NCBI GenBank assembly: GCA_963844945.1
Contig: CAWJQZ010000059.1
Location: 377,440 to 441,439, forward strand
DNA from: an uncultured Chloroflexia bacterium
GTDB taxonomy: Bacteria > Chloroflexota > Limnocylindria > Limnocylindrales > CSP1-4
Length of the DNA stretch: 64,000 nucleotides
Direction: 5' to 3'
Made by a program: the position numbers and the translations under genes. This document shows positions 46,790-56,795 of the stretch, piece by piece. Under the pieces are notes generated by a model. That model was not told where the DNA came from and did no database searches. It saw only the letters and a program-made list of their open reading frames with translations. Positions within the stretch are counted from its first letter, which is position 1. Each line of letters opens with the position of its first letter.

Positions 46790-49352
46790 GTGACGATCGA
46801 GCGCGACCAGGAGTACCTCGTCCAGCCGGTCGACGCGTCCTGGCTCCAGTGCAACATCGAGTGCCAGGAGGCGTGCCCCGTCGGCACGAATTGCCGCGGG
46901 TACCTCAACCTCGCCGCTGAGGGGCGGTTCGAGGAGGGGTACATCCTCTCGCGCGACCCGAACCCGGTCGCCGCGATGTGCGCGTACGTCTGCTCCGCAC
47001 CGTGCGAGCGCGCCTGCCGGCGCGGCGACATCGACCGCCCGCTCTCCATCCGCGCGATGAAGCGGTTCCTCGTCGAGTGGCACGAGATGTCCGGGATCCC
47101 GGACGTCATCCCGGTCGTCGAGTCTCGCGACGGAGAAGGTCGCGATCGTGGGCGCAGGCCCGGCGGGTCTGGCCGTCGCGCGTGAGCTCGCGGTGAAGGG
47201 GTACCAGGTCACGGTCTTCGATGCCCTGCCGTTCGCGGGCGGCACGATGCTCATCGGCGTCCCCGCGTTCCGCCTCCCGCGCGAGGCGATCGAGATGGAC
47301 GTCCGCCTCATCGAGCGCCTCGGCGTCACCTTCGTCTACGACACGAAGATCGGCGTGGACATCCCGTTCGAGGACCTCCTGCGCGACTTCGACGCGATCG
47401 CGATCACCGCGGGCGCGATGGACGCGGTCCCGCTCGACATCCCCGGCTCGGACCTCGAGGGCGTCCAGTACGGCGTCGACTTCATGAAGAAGGCGAACCT
47501 GGGCGAGCCGCTCGAGGTGGGCAACGACGTCGTCGTCGTCGGCGGCGGCTACACCGCGATGGACTGCTCGCGCACCAGCCTCCGCTACGGCGCCGCCAAC
47601 GTGACGATCGCCTACCGCCGCACGCGCTCCGAGCTCGTCGTCGACGAGGAGGAGCTCGGGGAGACGGAGCGCGAGGGCGTCCGCATGGAGTTCCTCGTCA
47701 GCCCGATCGAGCTGATCGGCGAGGACGGGAAGCTCACCGGCGTGAGGTTCATCCGGAACAAGCTGGGCGAGCCGGACATGTCCGGCCGCCGCTCCCCGGT
47801 CCCGATCGAGGGCTCCGAGTTCGTCGTCCCGGCGCAGACGCTCATCCCGGCCGTCTCCCAGGCGGCGGACCTGTCGTTCCTCCCGGTGGAGTCGAGCTTC
47901 GAGGTCGCCCGCGGCCGGCTCAAGGTGGACCCGGCCACGTACGCCACGAACGCGAAGGGCGTGTTCGCGTGTGGGGATTTCGTCACCGGCCCGGCGACGC
48001 TCATCGAGGCTGCCGGGCACGGCAAGAAGTGCGCGTACGCGATCGACAGGTACCTCGCGGGGCGGTCGGACGTCACGGTGGACACGAACGTGCGGATCAC
48101 GAGCTCGTGGCGCCACGAGATGCCTGAGCTCTACGACCGGATCCCGCGCCAGCACGTGCCGGTGCTCCCGGTCGGGGAGCGGATCGTGTCGAGCGACCCG
48201 GTCGTCAACTTCACGACCCCGGTCGAGCTGGGCTACACGGCGCAGCAGGCCGTGGCCGAGTCCACGCGCTGCCTCATGTGCAACTTCAACATCTGGTTCG
48301 ACCCGTTCCGCTGCACGCTCTGCGGCGCCTGTGCGGATGTCTGCCCCGAGGGCGTCATCCACATGGTGGACATCGATCGCCTGCGTACCGAGGGGACGCT
48401 CCCGGAGATCGAGGATGCCTACGGCTGGGAGCGCGGGGCGGCGATGGTGCTCGACGAGGAGCGGTGCATCAGGTGCGCCTTGTGCGTGAAACGATGCCCG
48501 TTTGATGCCATTACCATGGAGCGGTTCGAGCTTCAGGAGATCTCGAGCGACGGTCGGCTCTACAAGGAGTCGTACCGTGATGCGCAGCTTGCCGGCGACG
48601 CCCGGCGTGGCAGGAGGGGCCCGGTGAGCTTCCTGGAGCGGGTCGACCAGAGCATCCGGCGGAGTCCGGTATGGCGCTCCCTGTTCCGCAACCCGTACCC
48701 GAACGACGAGCGGTCGCGCGCGTACGCGGTGATGAACAACGTCTTCCTGCACCTCCACCCGGTGCGGGTCCGCCAGCACGCGGTGAAGTTCGCCTACACC
48801 TTCTGCCTGGGCGGGCTCTCCTTCTTCCTGTTCCTCGTGCTGACCGTGACGGGCGTCTACCTGATGTTCTTCTACGCCCCGTCCGCGAACATGGCGTACT
48901 CGAACATCATCCAGATCCAGACCGAGGTCCCGTTCGGGCTCCTGACGCGGAACGTCCACCGGTGGGCCGCCCACCTGATGGTGTTCTTCGTCTTCCTGCA
49001 CATGATGCGGGTCTTCTACCACGGGGCCTACAAGCCGCCGCGCGAGTTCAACTGGGTCGTGGGCGTCGTCCTGCTCTTCCTCACGATCATGCTGAGCTTC
49101 ACGGGCTACCTGCTGCCGTGGGACCAGATCGCGTACTGGGCGATCACGATCGGCACGAACATGGCCGGCTACGCGCCGCTCTTCAACACGCCGAGCAAGT
49201 TCATCCTCCTCGGCGGGCTGGAGGTGGGCCAGAACACGCTGCTGCGGTTCTACGTCCTCCACATCATGGTCTTCCCGCTCCTTGCGGCCATCTTCCTCGC
49301 GGTGCACTTCTGGCGCATCCGCAAGGACGGCGGCATCAGTGGGCCGCTATGA
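46790..49352 (+). pseudogene. GltD-like NAD(P)H/FAD oxidoreductase + 2x[4Fe-4S] ferredoxin + cytochrome b6, fused as assembled (one frameshift near 47131-47147)
   Basis: GTG 46790: N-terminal Fe-S domain CNIECQEACP...CAYVCSAPCERACRR. After the shift comes ORF 47148..49352: [28 protein letters not shown] and [12 protein letters not shown] (GltD/COG0493). Then [12 protein letters not shown] and [12 protein letters not shown]. Then cytochrome b6: [32 protein letters not shown]...[27 protein letters not shown]. Confidence 0.8.
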
Positions 49353-49552
49353 GGACCATCGCGGCGTTGCCGCCTCCGCTCCCTCGCTCACGCACCCCCA
49401 CGTGCGCTGCTCGCGTCGGCGCCTGCGCTGAACGCGCCCTCGGGTGCCGCGGACGACATGACTGACCAGCCGACCATCACGCCCCGAGCGCCGGAGCGGG
49501 TGCAGCCGGTCGACCCGGCCGGCGGACGGAGATCGACAAGCAGCGCCTGCCG

Positions 49553-50060
49553 ATGAGCGCGCGGCCGTACCGGCTGCTCGCGCTCGTCAAGCAGGACGCC
49601 GTCGTCAGGGTCCAGAAGGAGCCCGACGACACGGTCATGACGTGGCCGCACCTGCTCGCGATCGAGTTCCTCGCGGCCGTCATGTTCTCGATCTTCCTGC
49701 TTCTCATGGGCCTCTTCGTCAACGCGCCCCTCGAGGAGCTGGCGAACCCCAACGTCACCCCGGAGGTGGCGAAGGCGCCCGTGGTACTTCCTCGGGCTCC
49801 AGGAGCTGCTCGCGTACTTCCACCCGACGGTCGCCGGCGCCCTCGTGCCGATCTTCGTCCTCGTGGGCGCCGCGCTCATCCCGTACATCGACCGCGGGAA
49901 CATCCTCGCCACCCGCCCGTCGGACCGGAAGACGGCCGTGCTGCTGTTCACGCTCTTCTGCGGCCTCGGCCTCGTCCTCACCTTCATCGGCATCTTCTTC
50001 CGTGGCCCCGGCTACGCCTTCGCGCTGCCGTGGGTGACGGGCATGCACTTCAGCCTCTGA
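49553..50060 (+). pseudogene. Cytochrome b6f/bc subunit IV (PetD-like C-terminal half of cytochrome b), one frameshift as assembled
   Basis: ORF 49553.. gives WPHLLAIEFLAAVMFSIFLLLMGLFVNAPLEELANPNVTPEVAKAP. After an extra base near 49778-49781 it continues as WYFLGLQELLAYF...IPYID (ORF 49845..50060). An N-terminal extension from ATG 49458 is possible. Confidence 0.75.
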
Positions 50061-50079
50061 GCCCGGTGACCCAGCGTCC

Positions 50080-50748
50080 ATGAGCAACTACCAGGTCGAG
50101 CCCGCCGACAAGCCCCAGGCGCTCACGAGCGAGACGCTCAAGGCCATGCGCCACGAGCAGGTCTCCGGCATGTCGCGCCGTCGCCTGCTGCGGACCTCGC
50201 TCGCCGCCGGCGTCGGGCCTCTGGCTCCTCGAGGTCGGCGCGGGCACCATCGGCTTCCTCTGGCCCAACCTGGCCGGCGGCTTCGGCGGCAAGGTGAAGA
50301 TCGGCTCGTTCTCCGACGTGAAGAACGCGAACGCCGGCATCCCGTTCGGCGACGGTTTCCCCGCCTACTACCAGGACGCCCGCGCGTTCATCGTCCTCAT
50401 CGACCCGGCGCGCCAGGAGTTCCTCCCCGGGACGGACACGTCCGGCGACGGCTCGGCCAGAACGTCCGCGGCCTGTACCAGCGATGCCCGCACCTGGGCT
50501 GCAAGCCCAACCCGTGCCAGAAGAACTTCTGGATGGAATGCCCGTGCCACGGGTCGCGGTACGACCGGCTGGGCACGAAGGTGAAGGAGCTCGGCCCGGC
50601 ACCGCGCGGCATGGACCGCTTCGCGCTCGCCGTGGACGACGCCGGCGTCCTCACGCTCGACACCAGCAGGATCACGCTCGGCCCGCTCCCGGTCTCGCTC
50701 GGCCAGCCCGGCCTCGAGCCGCCGAAGAGCCCGACGGGGTGCATCTGA
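50080..50748 (+). pseudogene. Rieske [2Fe-2S] subunit with Tat signal, 2 compensating frameshifts as assembled
   Basis: MSNYQ...SRRRLLRTSLAAGVG (Tat motif). The middle part lies in ORF 50294..50584 (KIGSFSDVKNANAG...). The original frame resumes for the cluster-binding boxes CPHLGC and CPCHGS. Shifts lie near 50215 and 50455. Confidence 0.8.
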
Positions 50749-50799
50749 CCGCATGAGCGCGCACATTCCCACCCGCGCCGCCACGTCCCGGGGGACCCG

Positions 50800-51872
50800 A
50801 TGACCGACACGCCCGGAAACCGAGCCGGAAGAGCGCCTGCCGGCGCCCCGGCCCGACCTGGCGCCGGTCCGGGTCGAGCGCCTCGCGTCGCCGCCGTCCA
50901 CGCGGCGCTTCGGGCTGACCGGCGAGCGCGCGGGTCAGATCGTCCGGCAGAGCGGCAGCGCCCGCGTGGGTCGCCTTCCTCGGCGTCTCGTTCGTCGCGA
51001 TCTTCGTCCTCGCCTACTACTTCTACGAGGTCGGCTTCCCCGGCGTCGCCGACTCCGGGCGGATGGCGAAGGCGCACGCAGATCGCAGGTCGTCACGGAC
51101 GTCTCCCGCGGCTACAAGCTCTTCCAGGCGAACTGCGCGCGCTGTCACGGCGCGCAGGGCCAGGGCGGGATCGGTCCCGTCCTCAACGACCAGATGAAGC
51201 TCCTCGCGCACCTCAACCCGCAGTACCTCGAGAACGTCCTCCAGGTCGGCGGACGCTACGTCTGCGGCGACGCGAACAGCCTCATGCCCGCCTGGGAGCA
51301 GCCGCTCGGGCCGCTCAACTACCAGGAGGTCAACGAGCTCATCGCGTGGATCCGCGCGCCCAATGACCTGAAGTTCGAAGGGATCGATCCGGCGACCGGC
51401 CAGCTCGCGGAGATCTCCGGCTGGCGCGACCCGAACTTCGTCCAGCCGCCCACCGCCACGCCGGTCCCCAACTGCTGGAAGGACGCCTTCGCCGCCCCGA
51501 GCGCCGCACCCAGCGCGGCCCCGAGCGCATCGACCGGCGCGTCCGCGGCGCCCAGCGAGCCGCCGGGCGCCAGCCAGGCGCCCTCCGGCACGGTCATCAA
51601 GATCGTCGCCCAGAACATCGCCTTCGACGTCACGAACATCGAGGTCCCGGCCGACCAGCCGTTCCAGATCGAGTTCGTCGAACAACGACGCCGGGATCCC
51701 GCACAACGTCGCGATCGCCGAGGGCTCGCCCACCGGCCCGGTCGTCTTCCAGGGCGCGATCGTCAACGGCGTGACGACCGTCACGTACGACGTGCCCGCG
51801 CTCAAGGCCGGCACGTACGGGTTCGTCTGCCAGGTGCACCCGAACATGACGGGGACGCTCACCGCGAAGTAG
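50800..51872 (+). pseudogene. Membrane-anchored cytochrome c fused to a cupredoxin (blue-copper) domain, about 4 frameshifts as assembled
   Basis: Reconstructed across frames: MTDTP/ETEPEERL...RFGLTGERAGQIVRQSGSAR / WVAFLGVSFVAIFVLAYYFY (TM) / GYKLFQANCARCHG...LMPAW (c-type haem site) / Ala-Pro-Ser linker / IKIVAQNIAFD...FQIEFV / NNDAGIPHNVAI...GTYGFVCQVHPNMTGTLTAK* (Cu ligands H, C, H, M). Confidence 0.7.
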
Positions 51873-51940
51873 GGACCAGGCGGCCGCGGGCCGCGAGGGA
51901 CGGGGTCGCCGGCACGCCCGGCGGCCGACAGGGAGGGACG

Positions 51941-53397
51941 ATGGCACAGCAGGCGCTCGGAGCCGGCGGCACGACGGTGACCCGCAAGCGGGCGCTGTTC
52001 GGCCTGCTCGACGCGAACGGCTGGTCGTGGGCTGCCATCAAGGCCCTGTTCTGGTTCACCGTGATCATCTTCATGATGGGCTACATGCCCGACCGGGCCC
52101 TGTACTTCACGATCTTCCCCACGATCGACCTCGGCCTCTCCGTCGTCTCGCCCGTGAACCTCTGCCCCACGTCGAACGGCGAGGGGATGCCCTGCCCGGT
52201 CCCGGCCGGCGCCGTGCTCCCGTGGGAGGTCGGCCCGAGCCGAGCTCACGCTCCCGCAGCCGCGCACGGACGGCGTCGTCGTCCAGTCGGGCACCAACCT
52301 GCTCTACATCGGCGGGTCCACGAACGGGACCGACGCCGTCGCGACGGTCTACGCGTCGCCGATCCGCTCGGCCGAGGGGAACCTGTCGCCCTGGACGGAG
52401 ATGGCGCCTCTTCCGGCGCCGCGCCGCGCCGCGTCCGCGGTCGTGGTCGCCGGCACGGTCTACGTCATCGGCGGCTTCGACGCCTCCGGCGCCCCCACCG
52501 CGACCGTCTTCGCCGGGACGCCGGACACGGCGACCGGCGTCATCTCCACGTGGACGCCGTCCGACGTCCTTGCGCTGCCCGAGGCGCGCGGCGCAGCGTC
52601 GGCCGCGGTCGCGGGCGACGGGATCATCCTCGTCGGCGGGACCGGCCCGTCCGGACCCACCGCCAGCGCGTGGAAGTCGACCCTCGACACCAAGGGTGCC
52701 CCGGCCGCGTGGAAGGCCATGGCCGACATGCCGGAGAAGCGCACCGCCGCGTTCGCCAGCCTCCAGGGCTCGCACCTCTATGTGTACGGCGGCAGCGCCG
52801 AGACCGGGCCCACCACGATCGTCCTCCGGGGGGACGTGAGCGCCGCGAAGGAGACCGTCGGCCAGATCCTCTCGTGGGGCATCAGCCGCGCCGGCTCCAC
52901 CCTGCCGCTCCCGCGCGAGGGCGCTTCGGCGTGGAGCAACGCCGGGACCCTCTACTTCGCGGCCGGCACCGGGCCGGACGCGCAGGGCCAGGTCTGGTGG
53001 GCGATCCCGGACGCGAACGGCGACATCTCCGCCTGGCAGAACCTGCCGGCCTCGGACCTCCCGTCCGATCTGCAGCTCCGAGGCAGCCAGGCCGCCGTCA
53101 GCGGCCCGTACGTCTTCCTCGTCGGCGGCACCACGGCGCAACGGCGTGACCGGCGGCCTCGCGCGAACGAGCCTCGCCCCCAAGCCGCCGTACTTCCAGC
53201 TGGGGATCGTGGGCGCGACCGTGCCCGGGCTCGGCATCGGTGGCGAGGTCGGCCAGCAGCTCGCATACCTCGTCTCCGCCGGCGTCGCGACGGTCAACTT
53301 CGTCATCCTCATCCTGATCGGGCTCGCCTTCGCCCATCCGGACCGGACGAAGCGGCTCTTCTCCCGCGCCCGCCGTCGGGGCCGCCCGGCCGCCTGA
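51941..53397 (+). pseudogene. Kelch-repeat (beta-propeller) protein with N- and C-terminal membrane anchors, 2 frameshifts as assembled
   Basis: ATG 51941 after GGGAGGGA. TM segment WSWAAIKALFWFTVIIFMMGYMP. Six blade-like repeats ending LLYIGG, VYVIGG, IILVGG, LYVYGG, LYFAAG and VFLVGG. C-terminal TM LAYLVSAGVATVNFVILILIGLAFA. Shifts lie near 52235 and 53135. Confidence 0.65.
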
Positions 53398-53541
53398 CGG
53401 GATCACGGCGGGGCGGGTCCGCCGGAGGAACCCCGCCGCGCACCGCGGCGTCCTACGAGAGGCGCTTCCGTGTGCGCGCCGCGTATCGCGGTACGCTTGG
53501 CGCCGGTCCACGGGGGGAAGTCGGCATCTCAAGGAGGATCA

Positions 53542-54303
53542 ATGCGCATCCGTTCGCTCGTCGCGGCCACGCTGTCGGCGGCGGTCGTGCTCTCCATCGG
53601 CGCGTCCGCCGTCGCGGCCGCCAAGCCCACCACCCTTCCCGCACCGGTCGACTACGCGTACGTCCGCGTCCTCAACGCGATGACGGGCCAGCCCGCGCTC
53701 GACGTCTACGAGACGCCGCGTGGCGAGGGCACCCCGCCCACGTTCCCGAACGTCAAGTACGGGACCTGGACGAAGTACCAGAAGGCGTACTTCACCCCCG
53801 ACTGCGAGGGCAGGGAGACCTGCCAGATCTGGTTCGAGATGGCGGTCCCGGGCGAGACGGCGTCGTTCAAGAAGGACGACCTCGACCTCCGCGCCGGTTA
53901 CTCCTACACGATCGCCCTCGCGTCCACCGGCAGCACGGGACCGAACTTCATCCTCGTCCGTGAGTCGATGACGAAGCCGCGCTTCTCCTCGATCCGGTTC
54001 GGCAATCTCACGACCGACGTGACGAAGAACCTCGACTTCACGGCGACGCGCCTCACGAAGAGCGCCGAGGTCTTCTCGTCGGCGAGCGCCAAGAACGTCG
54101 CGTACGCGCAGGTCACCACGATCCGCCCGGTCACGGCCGGCCCCTACTGGATCGGCTTCGGCGTGAGCGGGTCCGCGTGGATGCAGATGCCGACCAAGAA
54201 CGCGACGCTCGCGTCGAAGAAGCGCTACACCGCCTACGCCATCGGCAACCTCGGCGAGGGCGGCACGTACGGCGCGCGGTTCATCCTCGTCCCGAACAAG
54301 TAG
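53542..54303 (+). CDS. Secreted DUF4397-like protein
   Basis: ATG 53542 after AAGGAGGA. Signal peptide MRIRSLVAATLSAAVVLSIGASAVAAA. Repeated beta-sandwich-like halves beginning YVRVLNAM...LDVY and IRFGNLT. The family call is tentative. Confidence 0.55.
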   Translation: MRIRSLVAATLSAAVVLSIGASAVAAAKPTTLPAPVDYAYVRVLNAMTGQPALDVYETPRGEGTPPTFPNVKYGTWTKYQKAYFTPDCEGRETCQIWFEMAVPGETASFKKDDLDLRAGYSYTIALASTGSTGPNFILVRESMTKPRFSSIRFGNLTTDVTKNLDFTATRLTKSAEVFSSASAKNVAYAQVTTIRPVTAGPYWIGFGVSGSAWMQMPTKNATLASKKRYTAYAIGNLGEGGTYGARFILVPNK

Positions 54304-54346
54304 CCGTCCCCCGGCCCACGGGCCGGCACGGACCCAGCGTACGAAG

Positions 54347-54380
54347 CGAGACCCCGCGGGCTCCGGCCGGCGGGGTCTCG
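54347..54380. terminator. Bidirectional hairpin between convergent genes
   Basis: Perfect 11-bp inverted repeat cgagaccccgc ... gcggggtctcg with a 12-nt loop, between the stops at 54303 (+) and 54389 (-). Confidence 0.55.
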
Positions 54381-54388
54381 TCGCGTCC

Positions 54389-54799
54389 TCAGGTGGCCCG
54401 GGCACCCCGCGACAGCTCGCTCGTCGGCCGCCGCCCCTCGAATCCGACGGTCGTCTCGTGCCACCACGCGACCTCGTCCTCGCCGAGGCGCCAGCACAGC
54501 CAGATGCGCCGGCCGTCCGCGACGGCGGGGAAGTCGAGGAGCCCGGTCCGGATGTCGCGGAGCGCGACATCCCACTCGTCGAGGCGCTCGACCGCGCCCT
54601 CCATCTGGTCCACGAGGGCCCGGATGCGTGCGCGCAGCACGGTGGCGACGGCAGGGTCCGTCCCTTCGTCGAGCTCAGCCGCGCGGAGCCGCTCGGTCAG
54701 GCGCGCCACCTCGTCGCGCTGGTCGCGGAGCGACTCGACGACCGGGCGGATGCGCCCGAGCATCTCCGTCGCGCTCCCGAGGTCGTACAGCGTGGTCAC
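54389..54799 (-). CDS. DUF2203-family protein
   Basis: In-frame tail of ORF 54389..55513 from GTG 54799 (136 aa). Segment RDIRTGLLDFPAVADGRRIWLCWRLGEDEVAWWHE matches my memory of the DUF2203 signature. Confidence 0.6.
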   Translation of the reverse strand: MTTLYDLGSATEMLGRIRPVVESLRDQRDEVARLTERLRAAELDEGTDPAVATVLRARIRALVDQMEGAVERLDEWDVALRDIRTGLLDFPAVADGRRIWLCWRLGEDEVAWWHETTVGFEGRRPTSELSRGARAT

Positions 54800-54943
54800 G
54801 CGCCGATCGTAGCGGCTGGATCGGAACCGCGCGCCGGGCGACCGCAGTGCGCGCCCGGACACCGCACGGCGCGTCCGCCGACAGCACGGCGCGGCGGTAC
54901 GCTGGTGGCGCCGGCGCCCGCCGGCAGGACGGAGGTCTCGCGG

Positions 54944-55652
54944 ATGCATCGGATGCCCGGAGCCGTCGCTCGCCCGGTCGCCGCGATCGCCTGCGCCCTC
55001 CTCATCGCCGGTGTCGCCCCATGCGCATCCGCGCCGGTCGCCGCGTCGCCCGCCGCCCGACCCACGCCGCGCCTCGCGCCCCCGGCGGCGTCGGAGCTGG
55101 TGCCGCTGCCGAAGCTGAGCTACGCGATCACGAAGGCGAAAGTGGAGTACTTCGCGATCGAGGGCACCACCTACAAGGAGCTGATGGCGTCGCTCGCCGA
55201 CGCGTCGGCGGAGCCGTGCGCGGATGTCGAGCAGGTGCCCGACCGGGGGCGAGCGGATCGTCGCGGGCTGCATGAGCCCGTCGCTCAGGACGCGGACCGT
55301 GACGTCGAGGAGCTGCACCGCGACCTCCTGCGTCTCGACCTGCAAGGTCACCGCCGTCACCGGATCCTCGGTCGTGCATCTCCCGCGATGGGCGGCGCCG
55401 TCGATGGTGCCGACGCTCCTCCTCGCGTGGTGGAAGACGGTCGCGGCCGACATCCGCAGGCACGAGGCGCGACACGTGACGATCTTCAACCAGTGGCTCG
55501 CGAAGCTGCGCAAGGAAGCCGTCGGCAGGTCGTGCTCGGCGTGGCCCTCGATCCAGCTGCGGTGGGCGAAGAAGATGGGGACGGCGCAGGCGGCGTTCGA
55601 TCGGGCCGAGCTCGAGGTCGCGTGGCCGCTGCCGCCGGTGGAGGACTACTGA
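54944..55652 (+). pseudogene. Secreted DUF922-like putative Zn-metalloprotease, one frameshift as assembled
   Basis: ATG 54944: signal/lipobox-like MHRMPGAVARPVAAIACALLIAGVAPCASA, then YAITKAKVEYFAIEGTTYKEL. After a shift near 55240 the frame of ORF 55224..55652 gives WWKTVAADIRRHEARHVTIFNQW (HExxH). Confidence 0.6.
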
Positions 55653-55656
55653 GGCG

Positions 55657-56622
55657 ATGAGGATCGGCTTCCAGGTCTGGGGGAGCAACGTCGGCTGGGA
55701 TCGCGCTCATGGAGGCCGCGGCGGCGATCGAGGCCCGCGGCCTCGACGACTGCTTCGCGAACGACCACTTCGTCCCCGTCGCGTTCGCAGGGCGATGCCG
55801 AGGACCCGGCCGCCGCCGGGCCGATCTTCGAGGCGATGGCCACGATCGGCGGCTGGGCGGCGCGGACCTCGCGCGTGCGGCCTCGGCTGCCTGGTGGCCG
55901 GCGCCGGATACCGGAACCCGGGGATGCTGGCCCGGCAGGTGGTCGCCCTGGACCACGCGTCCGGCGGTCGCATGACGCTCGGGATCGGCGCCGGCTGGCA
56001 CGTGCGCGACCACGCGATGTACGGATGGGACCTCCCGCCGATCGGCGAGCGCCTCGACCGGCTCGAGGAGCAGGCGCGGGCCCTGCGGGGCCTCCTCGAC
56101 GGCGAGCGCGTGACGCTCGACGGCCGCTGGGTCCGCTTCGACGACGCCGTCCTGGACCCTCCGCCCCTGCGCGCACGCCTCCCGCTCCTCATCGGCGGGA
56201 GCGGGGAGAAGCGGACGCTCGCGATCGTCGCGCGGTACGCGGACGTCTGGAACGGCGAGGGCGACGCGGGGGCGTACGCGCGGAAGAACGCCGTCCTCGA
56301 CGCCCACTGCGCGGCGGTCGGCCGCGACCGGTCGGAGATCCGCCGGACGGTGGGGCTCCCGCCGCCGCTCATCCGCGCCGACGCGCGAGCGGACGCTCGC
56401 GACGAGCTCGCGGCCACGTTCCAGCGCCACGGCTGGCCGGCTGAGGACGCCCGGGCCGCCGCCGCTGCCGCGCCCTGCGTCGGCACGGTGGACGACGTCG
56501 TCGCGGCGCTCGCCGCCTACCGGGAGGCCGGCGCCGACGAGGTCTTCTTCGACTGGCCGGCGCCCTACGACCCGGCGACGCTCGAGGCGCTCGCCGGGCC
56601 CGTGCGCGACCGGCTGGGCTGA
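55657..56622 (+). pseudogene. LLM-class (luciferase-like) F420/flavin-dependent oxidoreductase, about 3 frameshifts in the first 250 nt as assembled
   Basis: MRIGFQVWGSNVGWD / IALMEAAAAIEARGLDDCFANDHF / PIFEAMATIGGWAARTSRVR / LGCLVAGAGYRNPGMLARQVVALDHASGGRMTLGIGAGW...LLIGGSGEKRTL read across three frames. The C-terminal 250 aa are intact. Confidence 0.7.
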
Positions 56623-56795
56623 GGGAGGCCCGCGGGGCGCGCACGACGGCGGCCGACATCCGGCCCCGTGCCGGGCGCGTACGATGCCCGGGGCGGATGC
56701 GCTCCGTCCATCGTCCCGCGGATCGCCGCGCCGGTCGCGACGCGCGGGCGCCGGGCAGGCCGTGCGGTCGTCCGGCGCGTTCGAGGAGGTCGGTG

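Noticed and set aside
49349-49465. ATGA-coupled short ORF ([17 protein letters not shown]...) right after cytochrome b6
   Set aside because: The composition is not protein-like. The region more likely holds the true N-terminus of subunit IV in another frame (MTDQPTITPRAPERVQP... from ATG 49458, joined by an indel to ...EIDKQRLPMSARPYRLL).
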